A DNA stretch of 64,000 bases from a virus: IMG/VR virus record IMGVR_UViG_3300005573_001011, positions 1 through 64,000 of that record; one strand, given 5' to 3'. The position numbers and the translations under genes are program-made. Shown here in pieces: positions 48,659 through 57,537 of the stretch. Position 1 is the first letter of the stretch, and the number at the start of each line of letters is the position of its first letter. The notes under the pieces are model-generated. The model was not told where the DNA came from and ran no database searches. It saw only the letters and a list, made by a program, of their open reading frames with translations.

Positions 48659-48874
48659 TTAGTCAGTTTCACTGTCTTCGTATTCTTCACATTCTGACTC
48701 TTCGCATGAGAAATAGTTTTCTTCAAGAAGATTGTCATCGTCTCGTTCTACTTCTAGAGTAGTAAGCGGAAAGACATCCCAGTTCTCTTCTTCAACCGTA
48801 GTGCGAAGCTCACGTAAAACTCGTTGCTGGGCTTCGGGCTTCAGGTCGTCGAAGAATATTTCAACACTTCTCAT
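48659..48874 (-). CDS. Small acidic hypothetical protein
   Basis: GGAGGTG RBS; IFFDDLKPEAQ...NWDVFPL. Confidence 0.7.
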   Translation of the reverse strand: MRSVEIFFDDLKPEAQQRVLRELRTTVEEENWDVFPLTTLEVERDDDNLLEENYFSCEESECEEYEDSETD

Positions 48875-49037
48875 TTCAATTCACCTCCTATAATAAAGAT
48901 AGAACTGCCCCTTGCTCGACGAGAAACAAGGAGGCAGAAAAACTCGTCTCTCTTTTTTGCAAGGGGCAGCAACTACACCAAGAATCTTTGATGAGAACAA
49001 ATACATAGAGTACTGTCGAAGAAAGGAGAAACTAACA

Positions 49038-49721
49038 ATGAATTATTACGACGAAACTACAGGCTTTGCGATATGTCAAGTTTGCGGAAAACCGTTTAAC
49101 AAGATAACTCCACTGCACCTTAAATCGCACAATATGACGATCGCTGAGTATAAAGAGAAGTTTCCGGAAGCCCCGATCACTGGTAAAAGTTACGGAGCTA
49201 TCCTCAAAGCTAAGCGTTCTTTGCTATTCACTACCAAAGCCAACGAAACCAACGAAACCAACGAAGTCAAAAAAGAGTGGCAAGAAGAAGTGTACGACGC
49301 ACCAGAACACGTTCCGACTCGCTTTCCCCAAATTGAAGAATTAGAAAAGCAAGTGAAAGAACTGGAGGTTCGTAGGAAACTAGTAGAAAGGCGTCCTACG
49401 AATCCTTTTGAGACATACTTTGCCGGTGATGCAAAAAAGAAGCTTTTCGAGCAGTTGCTAGCTAAGTTCCCAGACTTACGGAATAACTTCTTTGTCGAGA
49501 AAGTTACTCCTCTTGGTCATCTCGTCTACAGGTATGTTACTGACATGGCGGACCCAGTTCGAAAAATTGTTTTCGACTTTCCCAATACATTCTGGCACAA
49601 CTCAGATCCAACTGCTATTGGGCGTAATACAGTACTAGAAAAAGATGGGTGGACGGTGATAGAAGTTCGTTCACCCAATCCTTCCCTTGCGGAAGTACTA
49701 AGACTTCTGCGTTTGCGTTAG
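49038..49721 (+). CDS. Zn-finger + degenerate Vsr/DUF559-like nuclease-fold protein
   Basis: CQVC...HLKSH..T..EYKEKFP N-terminus (same as the N-terminus of 44270-46192); D.ADP..KIVFDF...FWH. Confidence 0.6.
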   Translation: MNYYDETTGFAICQVCGKPFNKITPLHLKSHNMTIAEYKEKFPEAPITGKSYGAILKAKRSLLFTTKANETNETNEVKKEWQEEVYDAPEHVPTRFPQIEELEKQVKELEVRRKLVERRPTNPFETYFAGDAKKKLFEQLLAKFPDLRNNFFVEKVTPLGHLVYRYVTDMADPVRKIVFDFPNTFWHNSDPTAIGRNTVLEKDGWTVIEVRSPNPSLAEVLRLLRLR

Positions 49722-49829
49722 GATCTCGTATTCTACAAGTTCGAGCTGCCCATTGCACTTCGGGCACTTTTCTCGGTATGGATAGCTACTACGCAACTTA
49801 TGTCCACACTTGCAAACGTATACAAACAT
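49698..49829 (-). CDS. Small Zn-ribbon protein (43 aa), not in ORF track
   Basis: MFVYVCKCGHKLRSSYPYREKCPKCNGQLELVEYEILTQTQKS. AAGGAGG RBS and upstream TATATATA motif. Confidence 0.7.
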   Translation of the reverse strand: MFVYVCKCGHKLRSSYPYREKCPKCNGQLELVEYEILTQTQKS

Positions 49830-49985
49830 TTTTTTACCTCCTTTTTTCTTTTTTTACTTTAGTTGTAAAGAAATATATATAGAACTGTTCTGTTCTATAT
49901 GGCTCTTAACACGAAACTTAAGAGAACAAAAATAAAAGGCTTTTCCTGGCACGAATGGAAAAAATCGTAAGGAGATCGATTAAAA

Positions 49986-51203
49986 ATGGCAAACATTTAT
50001 CCTACCCAGACTAGAACTGTAGACCCTTACTCAGAGTATAATTCGAACATTGTAAATCGTTTAACTCGAATTGCTTCACTCGCTTATGACTCTCTACACG
50101 AAATAAGGGCACTCGATGTAGAAAAAGCTTCAGATACATCTGTAACTGTCAAGACTGGCACTTGCTATAAAGATGACGTCCTTATCCAAATCACTGATGA
50201 TTTTTCTGTAGACATGACTGACGAAGATTTCTACGTCTCTGGGCCGGCATGGAGTGAAGAAGGCTACTATCTAATAGTGTTAGATTACGTTTATGCAAAA
50301 GCAATGCCTCCTCCCAAAGCTTCTATAAAAATACTAAAACCAACTCAACACGCTCTCTTGACGGAACAGTACCTTTTCTTGAAGTGTGTAGAAGTAGAAT
50401 TTGTTGGTCCCTCTTTTAGGATAGTAGACGTCCATGACTACGTCCCGTCGAACGAGACTATTAGAAGAAACTATATACGCGTTTACGCTGGAGGTGAAGT
50501 TACTCTACCCAGTTTCGTGCTTGCTAGAGACGAAGGAAGATTTGTCTACGCAAAAAACAAGAAAGACTTGTACTTTGGGACTGACTCTGGTTGGGAATTT
50601 CTAGGTACAGTTAGAGATGCTATTGACACAACTTCATGCCAACTAGGTGATTTAGCTTATATAGCTTCTGACGGGAAAGCATATCCGGCGATTGCTACAA
50701 GTGCTACTACTTTAGCAAATTGTGCAGTTACATCAGTTGGACTAAAAAGTGATGGAACTGGCAGAGTGAGAATTCTCGGAAGACTAAGTAATGTAAGGGT
50801 AGAGACAGGAATCTCACTTTCTGTTGGTGACGATGTCTTCTTGTCTTCTAGTGAAGAAGGACGTATTACAAATGTAGCTCCTGCTCTTTTCCCTCAGTTT
50901 GTGGGTACTGTTATCGAAGTTTCTGGAAGTGACATAACAATATGGTTTACTCCTGACTTCGGTTTTTCTAGACCAAAATCAGTAAGAGCAACTCTGTTGA
51001 ATTGGTCTTCTTCTGGAGGATACTACTACTCAGATGTAGACGTCTCTGCAATAGGCAATAGTAATTCAGTGTGTTGTAAGTGCTTCGATAGCTCTACAAA
51101 AACTGAAATAATTCCTTACAAAGTAGAAATTGTAGATAAAAATACTTTGAGAGTGTGGATGCCAATAAATACGAAAACTCTAAATGTTCTTGTATCTGGT
51201 TAA
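49986..51203 (+). CDS. Virion structural protein (fibre/baseplate-associated)
   Basis: Beta-rich multidomain protein with a cement-like segment LSVGDDVFLS...G. First gene of the fibre module. Confidence 0.55.
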   Translation: MANIYPTQTRTVDPYSEYNSNIVNRLTRIASLAYDSLHEIRALDVEKASDTSVTVKTGTCYKDDVLIQITDDFSVDMTDEDFYVSGPAWSEEGYYLIVLDYVYAKAMPPPKASIKILKPTQHALLTEQYLFLKCVEVEFVGPSFRIVDVHDYVPSNETIRRNYIRVYAGGEVTLPSFVLARDEGRFVYAKNKKDLYFGTDSGWEFLGTVRDAIDTTSCQLGDLAYIASDGKAYPAIATSATTLANCAVTSVGLKSDGTGRVRILGRLSNVRVETGISLSVGDDVFLSSSEEGRITNVAPALFPQFVGTVIEVSGSDITIWFTPDFGFSRPKSVRATLLNWSSSGGYYYSDVDVSAIGNSNSVCCKCFDSSTKTEIIPYKVEIVDKNTLRVWMPINTKTLNVLVSG

Positions 51204-51221
51204 TTTTAGTGGGGATCTTAC

Positions 51222-53441
51222 ATGTCAATACAAACAACCACTTTGCGGGGGGAATCAGGGTACTCTGGTCTTTCTGGTTATTCTGGTACTGTTGGGCCTT
51301 ACGGTCTTAGTGGTTACTCTGGTATTTCCGGATTCTCTGGAATAAGTGGATTTTCAGGAACTTCAGGCTTAAGCGGGTATTCCGGTGTATCTGGTTATTC
51401 TGGTGTGGAAGGTGCTTACAGTGCTAGTGGGTACAGCGGAATCTCTGGTTACTCAGGAGCGACAGGTTCACAAGGAATCCAAGGACTTTCTGGGTACTCC
51501 GGTATTTCCGGTGCTTCCGGATACTCTGGCATTTCTGGTTATAGTGGCACTTACGGTCCGCCGGGTTCGTCTGGATATTCAGGAAGAAGCGGATATTCGG
51601 GAATCTCTGGATACTCAGGAATGGAAGGTGCTTATAGCGCATCTGGTTATTCCGGTATAAGTGGTTATTCTGGTCTAGAAGGACTTAGTGGATACTCAGG
51701 TATTTCCGGTTACTCTGGTCTTAGTGGTTATAGCGGAATAGAAGGATTATCTGGATACTCAGGAATGGAAGGTGCTTATAGCGCATCTGGTTATTCTGGA
51801 ATTTCTGGTTATTCTGGTCTAGAAGGCATTAGTGGGTACTCAGGATTAGAAGGACTTAGTGGCTATTCAGGAATTTCTGGATACTCAGGTCTAGAAGGAC
51901 TTAGCGGATATTCAGGATTAGAAGGTGCTTATAGCGCATCTGGTTATTCTGGAATTTCTGGTTATTCTGGTCTAGAAGGCATTAGTGGATACTCAGGTCT
52001 AGAAGGACTTAGTGGTTACTCTGGAATAAGTGGATATTCAGGAATTTCTGGTTACAGTGGTATAAGTGGCTACTCTGGCATTGAAGGAGCTCAAGGGTTA
52101 TCTGGCTATTCCGGTATAAGTGGTTATTCTGGTCTAGAAGGACTTAGTGGTTACTCCGGAATAAGCGGATATTCAGGAATTTCTGGTTACAGTGGTATAA
52201 GTGGTTATTCAGGAATTTCTGGATACTCAGGTCTAGAAGGACTTAGTGGTTACTCCGGAATAAGCGGATATTCAGGGACTAGTGGTTATTCTGGAATAAG
52301 CGGATACAGTGGTGCTCGTGGTCCTGATGGGCTTTCTGGGTACTCTGGAAGGAGCGGTTACTCAGGAATTTCTGGTTATTCTGGAATGGTTGGTTTCGAT
52401 GGTCTATCAGGATACTCTGGTGTTTCTGGATACTCTGGAATTGAAGGGTATAGTGGTTATTCAGGAATTTCTGGTTATAGTGGGGAAAGTGGAATAAGCG
52501 GTTACTCTGGAAAAACTGGTGCTTATAGTGCTTCTGGATACTCTGGTATTTCCGGTTACTCTGGTTTAGAAGGATTAAGTGGTTATAGTGGATATTCTGG
52601 TGCCCAAGGATATTCTGGTTATTCTGGTATGGAAGGTGCTTATAGTGCTAGTGGATATTCTGGAATAAGTGGATATTCAGGAATTTCAGGTCTATCTGGC
52701 TATTCTGGAATAAGTGGATACAGTGGTATCTCTGGATACTCTGGTATAAGTGGATACTCTGGAATACAGGGATATGTGGGGCAAGATGGAGCTTCTGGAT
52801 ACTCTGGTATTTCCGGTTACTCTGGTTTAGAAGGAGTCGAAGGTTTAAGTGGTTATAGCGGTATAAGTGGATACTCAGGCTTAGAAGGAGCTCAAGGATT
52901 ATCTGGTTACTCTGGAATTTCTGGTTACTCAGGGATAGAAGGTGCTTATAGTGCTAGTGGTTACTCTGGAATAAGTGGATATTCAGGAATTTCTGGTTAC
53001 AGTGGTATAAGTGGTTATTCAGGAATTTCTGGATACTCAGGTCTAGAAGGACTTAGCGGATACTCTGGGATTTCTGGTTATTCTGGTATAAGCGGCTATT
53101 CTGGATACCAGTCAAACGCACTAGACGGAACTGACTATTCTGCAGGAAATTCTGGGAGTAGTAAGACCATCGACTGGTCAAATGGTGCTACTCAATATAT
53201 GACTTTGACTGCTAACTGTACTATTACGTTGTCGAATGGTTCTAACGGTAAAGTGTACAGGCTATTTATATTGAACGACGAAACTGGTGGGTACACAGTT
53301 ACTTGGTCAACTACTATAAACTGGAGAGGAGGAACTACGCCAACTCAAACTACAACAGCTAGTCATGGAGACTGGTATACATTTGTATACTCCAATGGCA
53401 AATGGTTCGGCGACCAAGCTGCGGACTTTACTAATTCGTAA
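51222..53441 (+). CDS. Collagen-like Gly-X-Ser fibre protein with C-terminal beta domain
   Basis: About 620 aa with Gly at every third residue (GYS-GIS-GYS-GLE...). C-terminal TIDWSNG...TLTANCT...WRGG domain. Confidence 0.85.
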   Translation: MSIQTTTLRGESGYSGLSGYSGTVGPYGLSGYSGISGFSGISGFSGTSGLSGYSGVSGYSGVEGAYSASGYSGISGYSGATGSQGIQGLSGYSGISGASGYSGISGYSGTYGPPGSSGYSGRSGYSGISGYSGMEGAYSASGYSGISGYSGLEGLSGYSGISGYSGLSGYSGIEGLSGYSGMEGAYSASGYSGISGYSGLEGISGYSGLEGLSGYSGISGYSGLEGLSGYSGLEGAYSASGYSGISGYSGLEGISGYSGLEGLSGYSGISGYSGISGYSGISGYSGIEGAQGLSGYSGISGYSGLEGLSGYSGISGYSGISGYSGISGYSGISGYSGLEGLSGYSGISGYSGTSGYSGISGYSGARGPDGLSGYSGRSGYSGISGYSGMVGFDGLSGYSGVSGYSGIEGYSGYSGISGYSGESGISGYSGKTGAYSASGYSGISGYSGLEGLSGYSGYSGAQGYSGYSGMEGAYSASGYSGISGYSGISGLSGYSGISGYSGISGYSGISGYSGIQGYVGQDGASGYSGISGYSGLEGVEGLSGYSGISGYSGLEGAQGLSGYSGISGYSGIEGAYSASGYSGISGYSGISGYSGISGYSGISGYSGLEGLSGYSGISGYSGISGYSGYQSNALDGTDYSAGNSGSSKTIDWSNGATQYMTLTANCTITLSNGSNGKVYRLFILNDETGGYTVTWSTTINWRGGTTPTQTTTASHGDWYTFVYSNGKWFGDQAADFTNS

Positions 53442-53456
53442 AGGACTTCTTACGAT

Positions 53457-54671
53457 ATGGCGGTAGACACATATACCAAAGTTTTGTTGCATTTCGATGG
53501 TGAGGATGGTTCGCATAGTTTTACAGATGAATCTGGAAAGACTTGGAGCACTTATGGCTCTGGGTCTATTCCAGAACTTGATACTGACTACAAGAAATTT
53601 GGTTCTGCTTCAGGAAGGTTTTTTGGTGGGACTAATGGTATTATTTACACACCATGGCATACTGATTTTGAAAATATTGGACCATTTACCATCGATTTTT
53701 GGATAAGATTTAATTCACTTTCAGGGACTCAGAAAATATTTAATGTAGTGCAAAGTAGTACTTCTTTCTTCCAGTTCTATTGGGAGTCAAACACATTTAA
53801 GGTCTGGATTTACGATCATAGTGTCCAATTCTCGACTTCGACTTTGTCACTGTCTACAGGCCAGTGGTATCATGTGGCTTTAACTAGACTTAGTGGCACT
53901 TGGAGAATTTTTGTGGACGGTGAAATGAAAGCTGATTATACTGGCTATTCTGGAACACTGGCGAACTGGAACAGTAATGTCTGTATAGGCGGGCAGTACT
54001 ACAGTGGGCCTACCGAGTGCGTCAATGGCTGGATTGATGAGTTTCGATTTTCGAGGCTTTGTAGGTGGGTTGTGGGTGGATTTCCTTTACCAGATAGAGA
54101 TTACAGTAAGATATTTTACCCTTACGCTTACGCAAATAGAGATGGAGATTTTTTTACTGACTGTACTTACTTCAACAATTCTAATGAATATTTTGATATA
54201 GGTGATTCTTACAATTGTTTTATTGTATTTGATAATGTTGCTATACCAAAGAATGCCACATTAACGGAAGCATATATCGAACTGTGTGCGTGGTCTTATA
54301 GTGCAGATGACACCGTTAAAGTAAAAATACACTTTGCTGATGAAGACGATCCCAGCATACCAACAAGTTGTAGTGATATTAATAGTAGGTCTAGAACCAC
54401 AGGAGTAGAATGGAATAATGTTCCTCACACTGAAGAAAATGGGTGGATTACCACACCAGACATAAAAACAGCGTTGCAACCTGTTGTCAATAGAAGTGGT
54501 TGGTCTAGTGGAAACAAAGTAATGGCTATTATTCTAGACAATGGTGGTGATCCTGGAGCTTACAGAGATATTTGGGAAGCATATTCACTAAGATTTCCTG
54601 AGTTAAGAGTTGATTGGACAGAAGGAGGACCCTCACCCCAGCAAGGTTCGCTATTCACTTTCCAGTGGTAG
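53457..54671 (+). CDS. LamG/concanavalin-like lectin domain protein plus second beta domain
   Basis: LLHFDG, FTIDFW, WYHVALTR, IFVDG, GWIDEFRFS. Confidence 0.85.
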   Translation: MAVDTYTKVLLHFDGEDGSHSFTDESGKTWSTYGSGSIPELDTDYKKFGSASGRFFGGTNGIIYTPWHTDFENIGPFTIDFWIRFNSLSGTQKIFNVVQSSTSFFQFYWESNTFKVWIYDHSVQFSTSTLSLSTGQWYHVALTRLSGTWRIFVDGEMKADYTGYSGTLANWNSNVCIGGQYYSGPTECVNGWIDEFRFSRLCRWVVGGFPLPDRDYSKIFYPYAYANRDGDFFTDCTYFNNSNEYFDIGDSYNCFIVFDNVAIPKNATLTEAYIELCAWSYSADDTVKVKIHFADEDDPSIPTSCSDINSRSRTTGVEWNNVPHTEENGWITTPDIKTALQPVVNRSGWSSGNKVMAIILDNGGDPGAYRDIWEAYSLRFPELRVDWTEGGPSPQQGSLFTFQW

Positions 54672-54726
54672 TTATAATTTAACTCGTTAATTTTTTTAGA
54701 GAAAAGCCTGTAAGAGAGGTTTACTT

Positions 54727-55107
54727 ATGGAGATTTATGGTGCAGAAGTAAAAGCCACTTTAAAGATGGCTAAAGAAGCGGTTTTCGAACAAGAGTACGA
54801 CAACGGAAACAGTGGTGCAAACAAGACGATTGACTGGAGACATGGAAACAAGCAAAAACTTACTCTCACGGCAAACTGTACGTTAACTTTTACTAATCCG
54901 AGTGGTTGCACTGGTGGTCTTAGTCTCAGAATAGTCCAAGGAGGTGCTGGTAGCTATACTATTGCTTGGCCTAGTAATACTAGATGGCCGGGAGGTCAAG
55001 CCCCAACTTTGACTTCTGGTGTCGGAAGTGTAGATATTGTTGGGTTTTACTTCGATGGTAGTTACTATTATGGTATAGCAAGCACGAACTTCCTACCAGC
55101 AACATGA
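54727..55107 (+). CDS. Stand-alone copy of the fibre C-terminal domain
   Basis: NSGANKTIDWRHGNKQKLTLTANCTLTFTN aligns with NSGSSKTIDWSNGATQYMTLTANCTITLSN of 51222-53441. Confidence 0.75.
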   Translation: MEIYGAEVKATLKMAKEAVFEQEYDNGNSGANKTIDWRHGNKQKLTLTANCTLTFTNPSGCTGGLSLRIVQGGAGSYTIAWPSNTRWPGGQAPTLTSGVGSVDIVGFYFDGSYYYGIASTNFLPAT

Positions 55108-55120
55108 GGTGAGAATAGTT

Positions 55121-55702
55121 ATGGAAACTCAGTATAATCCTGAGTATCTTGAAAGTGTAAGAAAGTGGAAAACACCACAAGACGTACTTAAATATATCGA
55201 AACGTTTTCGTATGCTTCTGAGTTTTTGCCAGATACGAAAAGGAATCTACAACTCTATAAGATCTACCATCCTAAAATGCTTGATTTAGACACTCTATAT
55301 AAAACAAGACGTGGAACATGTACTAACGTTTATTACTTCTTTGTAAAGACAGTAAATACGATTGACCCTTCCTATGCTGCTTTTGCTATAACTATGACGT
55401 GGAGGGGTCCTTGGTCTGGTGTAAATAAGATTTGCTTCTGGTTTGAAGATTTTAAAGTCAAGAGTTTTCGTTGGACACCACAAGACGGTGGCAAACTCGT
55501 TTTAGATGAACCCTTCTCTTCTTTGGAGAGTGCTAGAGATTTCTACATAAGTATGGCAAAAGAGAGCTTAAAACCAAAAGAGATACCTATAAAATACGGT
55601 ATTTCGATTTTAGACATAAGAGTACTACGAGACCTAAAAATACAGCATGCATTAGAAGTTTTTGGTATAGACGATGGATATAGTATATACAGAAAGTTCT
55701 AA
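55121..55702 (+). CDS. Transglutaminase-like protein, paralog of 13151-13657
   Basis: RRGTCTN (catalytic Cys) and NTIDPSYAA versus NEIDKSYQA. The catalytic His is not obvious. Confidence 0.5.
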   Translation: METQYNPEYLESVRKWKTPQDVLKYIETFSYASEFLPDTKRNLQLYKIYHPKMLDLDTLYKTRRGTCTNVYYFFVKTVNTIDPSYAAFAITMTWRGPWSGVNKICFWFEDFKVKSFRWTPQDGGKLVLDEPFSSLESARDFYISMAKESLKPKEIPIKYGISILDIRVLRDLKIQHALEVFGIDDGYSIYRKF

Positions 55703-56543
55703 GTTTTATGTGGTTACCAATGAAGAAAGAGAAGAGGTAAAAAACTACCTGAAGAACAGTGGCAAGACCGTAGGCAGAGTTGGAATTAGCGGTACTGTTC
55801 ATGAAGGACATAAGTTTATTATAGAGACAGTTAAAAAATTGTACGATGTCGTTATTGTAGACTATGCTTCTTGGGTTCGTTTAGTTTCTTCTCGCTTGTT
55901 TTCCAGTTTCGCACTTCCAAGTGCAGTCACTCCTCCTGATAAGGTAGTGGAGAGCCTTAAAAGGAATAACGTTAGCTTTGACTACTTTTTTTGTACTAAT
56001 ATAACTGAAAAAATTTCGAGAGAAACTAGTTTCTTTAGAAGTTACGAAAGTGAGTTTCGTAACGTGTTAAAAAAGCTTGGATTTACGAGAACTAGCTTAG
56101 TAACACTATTGTGGCAAATTATAGTTGAAGAAGTAACCGGAGACACTGAAGAAGTTGGTCAGTCGTTTCTAGGTCCAAAAAATATTTTGATTGACCTTGT
56201 TTCGAAAGCTGTCGTTGGCCAGAATGCTAAGTATTTTCCAAACTATATTTGGAAATCCTATAGAGATCCGTCTACTTTCACTCTTGAGTCAAGAACATCT
56301 TCATCTATCTTGCTCGGGAAAGTTGCTAGAGAAGCCTATTCCGAACTACTTCGTGGTAAGACTGATGCTAAATATTTTGCTAACCTTGGGTCTGAGTTTT
56401 ATAGACAGGAACCAGGGTTTACTATAATAGACTACAAACGTCTGGAAAAAGTAGACCACGTAACAGATAATTGCGTTCTTGTTTTTTCTGAAGAAAACAA
56501 GTTCGACTACATTTTTATTAAAGACGGAATGATAATTTCCTGA
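55674..56543 (+). CDS. Divergent PanC-like (HIGH-superfamily) adenylate-forming enzyme
   Basis: GTVHEGH...YDVVIV (PanC GxLHEGH...DVVVV), FLGPKN (FGEKD), YRDPSTFTLESRT (REPDGLAxSSRN). Confidence 0.6.
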   Translation: MDIVYTESSKFYVVTNEEREEVKNYLKNSGKTVGRVGISGTVHEGHKFIIETVKKLYDVVIVDYASWVRLVSSRLFSSFALPSAVTPPDKVVESLKRNNVSFDYFFCTNITEKISRETSFFRSYESEFRNVLKKLGFTRTSLVTLLWQIIVEEVTGDTEEVGQSFLGPKNILIDLVSKAVVGQNAKYFPNYIWKSYRDPSTFTLESRTSSSILLGKVAREAYSELLRGKTDAKYFANLGSEFYRQEPGFTIIDYKRLEKVDHVTDNCVLVFSEENKFDYIFIKDGMIIS

Positions 56544-56559
56544 GTTATGGAGAAACTTC

Positions 56560-57102
56560 ATGCAAAAAACTGGGTGTACTTGCGACTCTACATGCTATAA
56601 TTTTTCCTGCTCTTGTAACACTACTTGCTATGGTTATCAAGCATGTCAGTACGGATGCGATAGTGGTTCGTACGGAGTGTCCTGTCCTTGTAATACTTCT
56701 TGCTATTCTTTTTCGTGTAGCTGTGATGCTAGGTGCCATAATTATGGTTGCACTTGCAATACGCTTTGCCATGGTTACCAAACATGTATGTACGGGTGCG
56801 ATAGTTCTTGCTATAATTATGGCAAAGCATGCGAATGTGATACGACGTGTTATGGATATGTCCCATGTTCGTGCGACAATACGCGTTACGGGTATACATG
56901 CACATGCGATGGCTGGTGCGACTCGTATACTCCTTGCTCATGCTACGGCCCAGGATATACTGTATGCACTTGCTATACGACATGTTATGGCTATTCCCCG
57001 TGCTCGTGCAATAATACGTGTTACGGATTTGTATGTACGTGCAATGCAACTTGTTACCAAGAAAGATTTGGTGCAGATGCTTTATCGTTCGAACTGTTCT
57101 AG
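56560..57102 (+). CDS. Cys/Tyr-rich repeat protein (CxCxxxCY)
   Basis: About 14 repeats and about 39 Cys in 180 aa. GGAG RBS. Confidence 0.75.
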   Translation: MQKTGCTCDSTCYNFSCSCNTTCYGYQACQYGCDSGSYGVSCPCNTSCYSFSCSCDARCHNYGCTCNTLCHGYQTCMYGCDSSCYNYGKACECDTTCYGYVPCSCDNTRYGYTCTCDGWCDSYTPCSCYGPGYTVCTCYTTCYGYSPCSCNNTCYGFVCTCNATCYQERFGADALSFELF

Positions 57103-57226
57103 CGGAAGGCAGATCTTAAAATGGGTCGAAGTACTTGCCAGTAATGCAGAAGTTCTAACGGAAGATCTTTGAAAATTTTAGTAGACGAATACACGTTGGA
57201 ATCTTAGTGATAAGGATTTATGGGCA

Positions 57227-57466
57227 AAAAAAAAGAGAAGCTTCTTTTAGCTTCTCTCTCTTGTCTCTACTCACGACGAACCCACAACACATTGTTAGAG
57301 TCGATCGTGAACTTCCTATCGCTAGTCTCGATGATAACCTGCCCAGGTAGACTGAGCATTCTTACGACGTTCTTAAATCTTCTCGTAACTCCCGTCACAT
57401 ACTCAATTATTACGTTCATTTTCTGCCTCCTTTATTTTATTTTTCTAAATAGAAATATATATAGCA
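57227..57466 (-). repeat. Left arm of ~240-bp inverted repeat (promoter-gene-terminator cassette)
   Basis: The reverse complement matches 62720-62960, with long identical runs. Confidence 0.9.
57267..57419 (-). CDS. Small 50-aa protein, copy 1
   Basis: MNVIIEYVTGVTRRFKNVVRMLSLPGQVIIETSDRKFTIDSNNVLWVRRE, with AAGGAGG RBS. Confidence 0.8.
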   Translation of the reverse strand: MNVIIEYVTGVTRRFKNVVRMLSLPGQVIIETSDRKFTIDSNNVLWVRRE

Positions 57467-57537
57467 AACTCATTTTTTATAAGAAGCTAAAATATTGCAA
57501 GTGAACAAATTGAAAAGAAGACGAAAAGGAGTGAAGT

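Noticed and set aside
51248-53106. Possible CRISPR-like or DGR repeat array
   Set aside because: The repeats are 9/18-bp coding units with synonymous variation. There are no unique spacers, cas genes or reverse transcriptase.
56630-57172. Second 180-aa ORF overlapping the Cys-rich gene, plus the antisense 56729-57049 ORF
   Set aside because: These are alternative-frame by-products of the repeat. Only the Cys frame has an RBS and periodic conservation.
57220-57504. Track ORFs 57220-57504(+) and 62722-63018(-), which resemble each other
   Set aside because: They are the antisense of the real duplicated 50/51-aa genes, which have an RBS and terminator on the other strand.
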